Shown here one piece after another: positions 56,423 to 64,000 of a stretch of DNA of 64,000 nucleotides. The stretch comes from a virus. The DNA is taken from the IMG/VR virus record IMGVR_UViG_2896850075_000002. The stretch is one strand, 5' to 3'. The stretch's first letter is position 1. Every line of letters begins with the position of its first letter. The translations under genes and the position numbers were made by a program. The notes below the pieces were generated by a model. It saw only the letters and a list, made by a program, of their open reading frames with translations. It did not search any database and was not told where the DNA came from.

Positions 56423-56828
56423 GTTTTGTCCCTCCTCGATAATCAATCGTCTCTTGTTTCGTGCCATCATCAACAGGTACCGCGCGGAAACTGACAGTGA
56501 ATGTCATCAGTAACGCCCCATCGTTGTGGTCGAAGTTTCGGTTTGTGATCCCTGCGAAATCATTTAACTGAACAAAATTATCAGCTAATAATTCTTCCAT
56601 CATTTCCATATCTTCATTCGGGTTTTCCGGGTCTGGAAAATACACCAATTGAAAGTGATTATCTCGCACTTGGATACCGAATAGGTTTGGCATAATAGCA
56701 GTTGGCAACTTTTCCACAAAAAAAGATGGCTCTTGAAAACCACCTCGTTGTTGTTCACGATAAATGGGCAACCCTGGAACAAGTTGAGCCAACTGTGTAG
56801 CAATTCGCTTCGTTACATTAAATGACAT
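56415..56828 (-). CDS. Tail terminator-like protein (copy 2)
   Basis: Identical to 15349-15762. Confidence 0.75.
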   Translation of the reverse strand: MSFNVTKRIATQLAQLVPGLPIYREQQRGGFQEPSFFVEKLPTAIMPNLFGIQVRDNHFQLVYFPDPENPNEDMEMMEELLADNFVQLNDFAGITNRNFDHNDGALLMTFTVSFRAVPVDDGTKQETIDYRGGTKRE

Positions 56829-56837
56829 TGAACCACC

Positions 56838-57236
56838 TCATGAGAGCTTAGATAAGAACTTTTGTAGTGCAGGGGTCAACAATGACGTCATTTGGTCATC
56901 AACCTCAAACATTGTTTTCATCAGCATGTGCTGCCCAGGAACCCAACCACCGCCACGAGTTCTATGTCCCATTTCGATATATTGCGCATATTCGATGTTG
57001 TTTAGCGCCGTCAACGTAATCACGGATGCACTAACTGTTGGCCCTTTCAATTCCCAACCACGTCGAAGCGTCCCTGTGTCAACCGGTGTTTTGGCTTTGA
57101 CTCCTTTGAGTATTTGTGCACCAACTCGTTTTACACTCTCTTCCAACTGCGATTTAAGAATTTCGGCATTGGCCTCCGTTTGAACCTTCTTCGCAAATTC
57201 TTTGAATTCAGCATCATCAATCGTTCCCCAACTCAT
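56838..57236 (-). CDS. HK97 gp10-family protein (copy 2)
   Basis: Identical to 15772-16170. Confidence 0.9.
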   Translation of the reverse strand: MSWGTIDDAEFKEFAKKVQTEANAEILKSQLEESVKRVGAQILKGVKAKTPVDTGTLRRGWELKGPTVSASVITLTALNNIEYAQYIEMGHRTRGGGWVPGQHMLMKTMFEVDDQMTSLLTPALQKFLSKLS

Positions 57237-57612
57237 TAGCTGCCACCTCTTTAGCCTTCTCATCACGAACCATCGCTACTTCTTGATGGGTCTCATAGCC
57301 CGTATACCCCCTGCTAGCGCGCTTATACTGGGTCACATTGCCATTCACATCAGTGACGGCAATCAAATCACCAGCAGCTACCTTAACCCCGTTATCAATA
57401 ATGAGCTTGGCGTCGTACAAATCAGTCCCATAGAACGATTGTTCGCTGGTTTTCAATCCTGACAGTACCACTTTTGCCGGGCGATTTTCACAAATAACCA
57501 CGTCTTCGGTGGTTGTGAATGGCCCATCTTCAACTTCCCGCACACCGGTAATGGTTACGCGATCATGCCATAGTTTGGGCAACACTTTTGCCATGCGCTT
57601 ATAACCATTCAT
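57217..57612 (-). CDS. Head-tail adaptor (copy 2)
   Basis: Identical to 16151-16546. Confidence 0.7.
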   Translation of the reverse strand: MNGYKRMAKVLPKLWHDRVTITGVREVEDGPFTTTEDVVICENRPAKVVLSGLKTSEQSFYGTDLYDAKLIIDNGVKVAAGDLIAVTDVNGNVTQYKRASRGYTGYETHQEVAMVRDEKAKEVAANELGND

Positions 57613-57998
57613 TGTTTCACCACCCGGTAACTATTCAGAGTCGCCAAAAAGTTATCGCTAATTACATTGGCTTCCTGCAGCTCCAGATAGGCTTGTGATG
57701 GCGATTTAAACTTAACGGAGGTATCACCCTCGGAAATACTATCAACATCTCCCGACTGCTCGTCAAGTGGCGTTAACAACTGATGGGTGCCGACATACTG
57801 CATGCACATCGCTACAATCGTGCTATCCAGATGTTCTGATAAGGCAATCGGATCAACATGGCAATAATTTGCCACATCCATAATCGTCTTATCGAGCACA
57901 TAACTTAAAACATCATCATAGCCATCATTCCCGTCAGGCTTCGGCAATAGCTTCTTTAGTTGGGCCAATAACACTGGCCGCCGCGGTAATTGTTCCAT
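57609..57998 (-). CDS. Head-tail connector (copy 2)
   Basis: Identical to 16543-16932. Confidence 0.8.
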   Translation of the reverse strand: MEQLPRRPVLLAQLKKLLPKPDGNDGYDDVLSYVLDKTIMDVANYCHVDPIALSEHLDSTIVAMCMQYVGTHQLLTPLDEQSGDVDSISEGDTSVKFKSPSQAYLELQEANVISDNFLATLNSYRVVKQ

Positions 57999-58011
57999 GC
58001 TTACCCCACCT

Positions 58012-59052
58012 TTACTTAACGAGTGCTAATAAATCAGCTTTAACGGCACTAGCATCGTATTGAATTCCTTCTTGGTCTAAATAAGCCTTGATTTGTTCGA
58101 CCGTGCTTGAATCGGTTGGTTTAGCCAATGTTTGCACTGTGCCTTCTGCCGGAGCCTTATCACTCACAACAAATTCAATCCCCTTGGTCTTGGTCTTCAA
58201 GATGAAAACATCATCGTATGATTGTTCGTAATACAAGAAGTTCCCAGAATTCATAGCTGATGGACTGTCAAAGCCAGCAAAACTGTACTTTTGCGGTGCG
58301 ATTTGAATTCCGTTTGAAATCAAGAACATTTCAATTTGCTTAGCATCAGCTTTAAGTTTGGAACCAACCGTGAAGTCGAAAGCCGTTTGCATTAAGTCAG
58401 ATGGCACAACCACAATTGTTACATCATCTAGGCTATAAACAGTGCGTTGAACGTTATTAGGGTCTTTCAAGACCATTTCACGGTTCATTGCTTCAGCACG
58501 TTTAAGAATGGCGTTGTTCTTTGGCGTCAGGTATAAGATTCGGCCTTGTTGTGGCACACGGGCTTCGTCCATTCCGACCATCATGTCATCGAACGCGGTT
58601 AAGATGTTCTTTTCATCTAATGTATCAGTTTGAATGCCGCCATCGTTCGCGTCTGCTTTACGTTGATATAGCTTAGAAAACATTTCGCGATCCATTTCTG
58701 GCATCTTTTCATCAAGATTGAATTGCTTCGTGATATTCGCCATCGAGATCACATAGTTAGATTCGTCCACATCTGATGGGTCAACCAAGGTACTCCAATA
58801 CCGCTCATTTTTAAGTTCATATGGATCCCAATCATTTGAATAGTTTGCAGAAGGTGTTGTAATGGTTCGCCGCGCACGGTCCCGCCGACCTTCATCAATC
58901 GTTAACCGTGGGACTTTGATATGTTTAGCACCATCAAAGCTAATTAATGAATTTGACGGTGAGTTCCATAAGTCTGCTGAGAATAAATGTCCGTCGTAAA
59001 AAGATTGTTGAATCGCCTGTTGGTAGGCATCTGCATAATTAATTGTTGCCAT
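58012..59052 (-). CDS. Major capsid protein (copy 2)
   Basis: Identical to 16946-17986. Confidence 0.9.
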   Translation of the reverse strand: MATINYADAYQQAIQQSFYDGHLFSADLWNSPSNSLISFDGAKHIKVPRLTIDEGRRDRARRTITTPSANYSNDWDPYELKNERYWSTLVDPSDVDESNYVISMANITKQFNLDEKMPEMDREMFSKLYQRKADANDGGIQTDTLDEKNILTAFDDMMVGMDEARVPQQGRILYLTPKNNAILKRAEAMNREMVLKDPNNVQRTVYSLDDVTIVVVPSDLMQTAFDFTVGSKLKADAKQIEMFLISNGIQIAPQKYSFAGFDSPSAMNSGNFLYYEQSYDDVFILKTKTKGIEFVVSDKAPAEGTVQTLAKPTDSSTVEQIKAYLDQEGIQYDASAVKADLLALVK

Positions 59053-59064
59053 GTTGTTTTCCTC

Positions 59065-59619
59065 CTAAGATTTAAATGCGTCGATCATTGCTTGGGCGGG
59101 ATCTGGATCTTGCGGGCCACTCCCACCGTTTGGTTCGTAATGTCCCTGCTTACCTTCGTCGAACAAATAGCCATCGGACTTTTTAAGCGCTGCTAACTGA
59201 TCATCGACACCTTCAAGCTTGCCATCATCGGTTAGCTTCACCTTATCCATATCAAGCAAGCCCTTGATGGCTTTAGGGTTACGTACTTTAGCACCAGTCA
59301 GCGCCGTATTCAATGCGCCGTTCAACTTGGTTTGGTTAAGCTGAGCGGTCAATGCTTTAGTGTCCTCATCATATTTGGCTTGTAAATCAGTGACTTGCTT
59401 AGTCAACTCTTCGTTATCCCCTAATTGCTTTTTAAGGCCCTTCAAATCCTTATCCCGGCTAGCCACGTTACCTTTTAAAGTTTCGTTTTCTTGTTGCAAG
59501 GCTTCAATGCCAGTACTGGCTTTAACCTTGGCGTTTTCGATATCCTCGCCGTTGATATCCATAACAGCCTTGATTTGTTCCTCGGTAAGTTTCAGTTCTG
59601 TTAGTTTTTCACGTTTCAT
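59065..59619 (-). CDS. Scaffolding protein (copy 2)
   Basis: Identical to 17999-18553. Confidence 0.9.
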   Translation of the reverse strand: MKREKLTELKLTEEQIKAVMDINGEDIENAKVKASTGIEALQQENETLKGNVASRDKDLKGLKKQLGDNEELTKQVTDLQAKYDEDTKALTAQLNQTKLNGALNTALTGAKVRNPKAIKGLLDMDKVKLTDDGKLEGVDDQLAALKKSDGYLFDEGKQGHYEPNGGSGPQDPDPAQAMIDAFKS

Positions 59620-59766
59620 TTTTGTTTTCCTCCGTTACGCTTTTTGTACGTGGTTGCACCACCACTTGTGTAAAACAAAAGAACCTTTTTACGTCTTGTT
59701 CGGGACAATTTAGGTATAAAAATAGCACTCAACCGGTGATGGAGTGCTGGTGGAACTATCTATTGG

Positions 59767-60021
59767 TTATTGCCATTCAATTTTCACATTCCAATGATCT
59801 TCGGTGATTTTACGGGCCTTGTCCAAACATTCCTGAACATTAGGCGCATACTTGTAATAACTATATTTAATCTCAGCTGTAAAATTATTTACTTCTAAAT
59901 TGTTACGAAAGGATTCCATTTCAGGTGAATTATAGTCAATACCCGCAGCTTCTTGCTGTTCATTAAACCGATAGTATAGGAATTCTCGAACATCTGGGTT
60001 GATCTCATTTATTTTCATCAA
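59767..60021 (-). CDS. Candidate MuF immunity protein (copy 2)
   Basis: Identical to 18701-18955. Confidence 0.55.
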   Translation of the reverse strand: MMKINEINPDVREFLYYRFNEQQEAAGIDYNSPEMESFRNNLEVNNFTAEIKYSYYKYAPNVQECLDKARKITEDHWNVKIEWQ

Positions 60022-61675
60022 TAATTCCCACCTTTCCTCGATTCAATACGACAAACTTATCACCATTTGAATTATACCACCCATCAACGCCTAAGCCCAT
60101 TGCAACGTAATCGAATAACATCTCGCCAACCAGTGGCTGTACTTTCTCTTTAATTCCATATATTTGCATTTGTTTTTGCAATGCAGCCTGAAACTCAAAT
60201 TGATTTACGATAACGCTATCCGCTGCCATTGTACCAGTGACAAGTTCATTAGGCGAATAGCCATATTTTTTGGTAGTATACTGATAATCTGCACCAAAAT
60301 ATATTCCCCGTCCATTAAGAGAATTGTTGGTTGTCGAATACTCCAGCGGACCCCGCAACAATTGCTGCTTTCGATCAGTATAACGATAAATTTTCGCACT
60401 ATCAGGAATTAGTAGCGAATCCTTCCAATTAATAATAGTTGGTTTAACATCATAGCCCAGTTGGTGGGCATAGTCCAACATATTTTGGCGGTAGGCACCA
60501 TGATAAATATCGTCCGGTACGTCTGGCCTTTGCCGTTCAACCTGAATTATCATGCCTTCAAGCTGAGCAGCAGTTAACTCACTGATACGGGCAATCGGCT
60601 TCTTACTCAACATTTGAGTAATGTCACCATTATTCCAAACCCTGTTGGCAGTTCCATATTCCTTCCACCAATCAGCATAGGTAGCATTCTCAATTAACTT
60701 ACCTTTACCAGTCTCAGGATCACGCATCCAACGTTCACCCACATCGGGTAAATCCGCAATCCACGGTACTGTCGTACAGCGGCACCGAGCGTGGATCAAG
60801 GGGTAGTTAATGCCAACTCGCCGGTCTTTCATCGCAAAATGTTGACCGTCTAACTTAGCGCATATGTTACAAGTATGACTTTCAAGCGTTGCCATATATT
60901 CGTAAGCATCAATACCGCTTTCTTCGTAGCTCTTAGCGGTTGCTTCTTCTTGGATATGGCCTAATTCAGATTGCACCAGGTTATGAATCTGATTTCGCTT
61001 CACATCTTGGAACTGGGCGTGCATTCGTTGGGCAACTTTATCAACGCCCCAACCCATCACAGTTGCACGAAACAGCGAATCCATTAAATAACTAGGCAGT
61101 TCTTGCTGATAGTTCCTCCAAATCCGTTGTGAGAAGTCCTTGCCATCTTTAGCCCATGGCCGAGATACCACTGTTTGAAGCTGGGCCTCATTGAAATGAG
61201 CGAAATCCGAAGTAAACGCGCCACGCTGTTGCTGAACATTAAACGTAGTCCGCATATAAGTGTCTTCATATTGCTTCGTCAACGCTGTTTCCATACTGCT
61301 AGCATGTTTCTTGGCTAGCCCACGGGTAAGTTTACGCATTTGGTCTTCAAGCGCTGACAGACGCGCTAAGCGGCTCTTATAATATTCACTGTTTAACTCC
61401 TGTTCATACCCTCCAGTCTTGGCCTTAGCTTCGAACTGCGCTAGCGTATTCTGCCAATGTTTGGTCTTGATGCCGTCCAATGCCTTAATGGCTTGATCAG
61501 AACTTAACCCCTCATTGGCGGCATACTTATCAACCCATGAGCTGGCTTCCTTGGCAATCTCACGGTAGGCGCCGTTCAATCCGGGTTGCAGTGCCTTCTC
61601 ATAAGCTTGCGTATTCTTGATTGCTCGCTGCTTAACGCGCAAATGACGCTTCTCCCAATAACTAAGTTTGGTCAT
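60005..61675 (-). CDS. MuF with ART-like C-terminus (copy 2)
   Basis: Identical to 18939-20609. Confidence 0.88.
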   Translation of the reverse strand: MTKLSYWEKRHLRVKQRAIKNTQAYEKALQPGLNGAYREIAKEASSWVDKYAANEGLSSDQAIKALDGIKTKHWQNTLAQFEAKAKTGGYEQELNSEYYKSRLARLSALEDQMRKLTRGLAKKHASSMETALTKQYEDTYMRTTFNVQQQRGAFTSDFAHFNEAQLQTVVSRPWAKDGKDFSQRIWRNYQQELPSYLMDSLFRATVMGWGVDKVAQRMHAQFQDVKRNQIHNLVQSELGHIQEEATAKSYEESGIDAYEYMATLESHTCNICAKLDGQHFAMKDRRVGINYPLIHARCRCTTVPWIADLPDVGERWMRDPETGKGKLIENATYADWWKEYGTANRVWNNGDITQMLSKKPIARISELTAAQLEGMIIQVERQRPDVPDDIYHGAYRQNMLDYAHQLGYDVKPTIINWKDSLLIPDSAKIYRYTDRKQQLLRGPLEYSTTNNSLNGRGIYFGADYQYTTKKYGYSPNELVTGTMAADSVIVNQFEFQAALQKQMQIYGIKEKVQPLVGEMLFDYVAMGLGVDGWYNSNGDKFVVLNRGKVGIIDENK

Positions 61676-63092
61676 CGTCCTCACCGCCTAGCTGGTCGTC
61701 AGCATCTGGATTACCGTAGCCATCTTGCGCCACAATATCATCTTGCCGATTCTTCAACTCTTCTTGCCAGTCATCGACAATTGGATTGGCCTTAGCAACA
61801 GCCTCATCACTAGAATACTGGGCGACCTGCGCCACGACCTGAGCTTGCTCCAAGCTATTCTGGATAGCTGTGCGAGTCCACGTCTGACTAATTGGGCGAC
61901 TGTCAGCATCACTAACACCCAGCCAGCCCATAATAGCCCGCACAAGCTCGCTAAGTGCATCTCGGAAATAAGCTTCAGTGTTAGACGCTTTAAGTTCAAG
62001 ATGCCCATATAATGCACGAATAGCCGTTCCAGAAGCATTTCCGATTGCTTTAAAATCTGTCGGGTTAATGCCCTGCCCATCTACGAATATCTTGCTGTCA
62101 GTACGGTTCAAAACGTTGTCCCGAGCTTCAACTGGAATGTCGATAGTCAACTTGTCAACGCCAGACTTATCACTTGGGCCGAGGTTATCCATCTTAATCG
62201 CTTTGTCCTGCTTTAAGGTTTTCATAAACTCTGACAAGTCGGTGCCACCATAATTGGTAAGCACTAAAATAACTTGTTGTACGTCGTTAATGTCGTTCAC
62301 GAAGCCGTTATAAACGTTATCGAACACATCGATGAACCCCTTGACCTTCAACAACTCTGGGCGTTGGTCCTTGTTTTTAGGGAAGGCAATAAAGGGTACC
62401 CGGCCAAACCCATGGTCAAATACGGCACCAGCACCCACTTCATCACCAGTTGATACATCATAAGTTGGGAATCGGTCGTCAATCGTTTCCAGATCACTAT
62501 AGTCTGACAGCTTGGACTTAAACACTGTTACATCTTTAGCCGTCCAATATTCGTGAACATTGAATTGCTTACCGGTATCTGGGTCCAGCTCTTTGTAGCT
62601 ACGCCGCACTGCCAGTAATTTACGATCGAGGTCACTGCTATAAATGGGAGTAACCTGATCAGGCGGCACAATACCATAACGGAACTGCTTGTCATCATCA
62701 ATCCAATAATGAAGCCAACCAACACCAGCATTACTAGCATCAACTACTAACTGATTCAGACGCAGGTTAAAGTTGTCGCCTAACGTATTTTTGATTTTAT
62801 CGTTAAGATTGTCGTCCTCAACGTCAATTGCCGGTGGCACCGTTGCAAGATAGCCCGCTTCCTGATCAATTAATAGCTGAGCATAATTACTACTAACCCG
62901 GTTATCAGCATGACGTAATGGGCCGTCCTCGGCTTCCTTGCCTTCTTCTTTAGTCTTAGACTCACCATCATTTCGCAATGTAATATCATTTTCATTGTGG
63001 TAATAGCGCAAGGCTGTACTGTAGTGACGGTTAAACCGAGTTCGTCGCCCGTCGGTATTCTTTAACAATTGGATCATCGCTTTTGTTTCCAA
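61662..63092 (-). CDS. Portal protein (copy 2)
   Basis: Identical to 20596-22026. Confidence 0.95.
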   Translation of the reverse strand: METKAMIQLLKNTDGRRTRFNRHYSTALRYYHNENDITLRNDGESKTKEEGKEAEDGPLRHADNRVSSNYAQLLIDQEAGYLATVPPAIDVEDDNLNDKIKNTLGDNFNLRLNQLVVDASNAGVGWLHYWIDDDKQFRYGIVPPDQVTPIYSSDLDRKLLAVRRSYKELDPDTGKQFNVHEYWTAKDVTVFKSKLSDYSDLETIDDRFPTYDVSTGDEVGAGAVFDHGFGRVPFIAFPKNKDQRPELLKVKGFIDVFDNVYNGFVNDINDVQQVILVLTNYGGTDLSEFMKTLKQDKAIKMDNLGPSDKSGVDKLTIDIPVEARDNVLNRTDSKIFVDGQGINPTDFKAIGNASGTAIRALYGHLELKASNTEAYFRDALSELVRAIMGWLGVSDADSRPISQTWTRTAIQNSLEQAQVVAQVAQYSSDEAVAKANPIVDDWQEELKNRQDDIVAQDGYGNPDADDQLGGEDDDQT

Positions 63093-64000
63093 GGCTTGAA
63101 ACCTCCTTTCCGCATGATTGACTCAATGGCATACCGAACAGCATCAATACTGTGGTCGTTACCATCGGGGTATTCTGCTTTTAATTCACCATACTTATCG
63201 CGTTCTAACTCATAGGCTGTGAACTCACGGGCAGCATTAGGACAACGCTCCGGATCAATAATGATTTCACGTAAGTCTTGTAGCCATTTGAATCCCTGGT
63301 CACGACTTCCCGGCCCCTTAATGGCACCAATCACCGGCAGCCCCATGTCCCGAAGTTCAGCAATCGTTCCGGGTGAAGCAGAATCACCAGTGATTGGCTT
63401 GTTTTCGGGATCATACGGTTTGATTAAATCCACGGCGTTCTGGTTCTTCAACCCAACCTGGTAAACTTCTGCGTAGATGTATAGCCGGTGCCGTGCGACA
63501 TCAAAAAAGACTTGCTCGTATGCCAATGGATCACTGGCAAAACCGAAATCAAGTCCTCGTCTTGGGTTATCAAATGTTTGTAATTCCTGTTCCGTAATGC
63601 GCCGCTTAATGATGTTGTTAAATACCTCAGCGCCCGTCCCAGTAATCTCACCGAGATACTCATGGGCGTACGCTTTGGGGTTATCCTCCTTTAACTGCTC
63701 GGCATCCGCAATGAACTCTTTACCAAGCCATTCTCTTGGAACACTAAGATAATCGGATTTATGCACCAATGTATCGCCGCGCAGGCCTTCACTGTCAGTC
63801 ACTTTATTCACCCAGCTATTCTGACTCGCTGGCGGATTGTAGCTATAAAAGGTGATGATGTCACTACCACCACGATTAAGCGACTGATTCATAGAACGAA
63901 TTTCCGGCCAGCCACCGAACTCATCAACTTCTTCATAGTGTTTAAACTTAGTATAGCCGTGTCTAAACTTCTGTGATTTAATTTTACGTGGCTTATCAGC
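63074..64000 (-). CDS. terL: Terminase large subunit (copy 2, 5' part cut by the window edge)
   Basis: Identical to the 3' part of 22008-23270. Confidence 0.95.
   Translation of the reverse strand, partial: ADKPRKIKSQKFRHGYTKFKHYEEVDEFGGWPEIRSMNQSLNRGGSDIITFYSYNPPASQNSWVNKVTDSEGLRGDTLVHKSDYLSVPREWLGKEFIADAEQLKEDNPKAYAHEYLGEITGTGAEVFNNIIKRRITEQELQTFDNPRRGLDFGFASDPLAYEQVFFDVARHRLYIYAEVYQVGLKNQNAVDLIKPYDPENKPITGDSASPGTIAELRDMGLPVIGAIKGPGSRDQGFKWLQDLREIIIDPERCPNAAREFTAYELERDKYGELKAEYPDGNDHSIDAVRYAIESIMRKGGFKPWKQKR

Larger units (their letters stand above)
41066..64000. repeat. Second copy of positions 1-22934 (direct repeat, period 41065/41066 bp)
   Basis: All ORFs recur with identical translations. 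Offset is 41065 up to about 3800 and 41066 afterwards. Confidence 0.98.

Noticed and set aside
63074-63892. Apparently truncated terminase (272 aa)
   Set aside because: Window-edge artefact; the sequence matches the full gene in copy 1.

Overview
The window holds one complete, roughly 41,065-bp temperate myovirus genome (PBSX/Xkd-like contractile tail; host inferred to be a Lactobacillaceae member) plus a second partial copy. Positions 1-22934 recur at 41066-64000. The ORF-track offset changes only once, from 41065 to 41066, and that change lies in a homopolymeric C run (9 C vs 10 C). The integrase (+) and lysin (-) converge on an intact attP, so this looks like an excised circle, concatemer or over-assembled circular contig rather than a flanked prophage. 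Modules: lysis, tail fibres/baseplate, tail, head, packaging (minus strand); an AT-rich moron island between the late activator and terS; replication/recombination; a CI/Cro-ImmA switch; accessory lysogeny genes; int/attP. Most notable: (1) two homologous poly-G leader-ORF cassettes, missed by the ORF track, in front of paralogous fibre genes, suggesting phase-variable receptor-binding protein expression; (2) a MuF protein with an ADP-ribosyltransferase-like C-terminal domain and a coupled small immunity-like gene; (3) a HEPN/Abi_C-like defence moron with an atypical domain order; (4) repeated boxA-like/hairpin elements and several terminators lying between the late promoter and terS. Protein family calls come from motif recognition by eye, not database searches.
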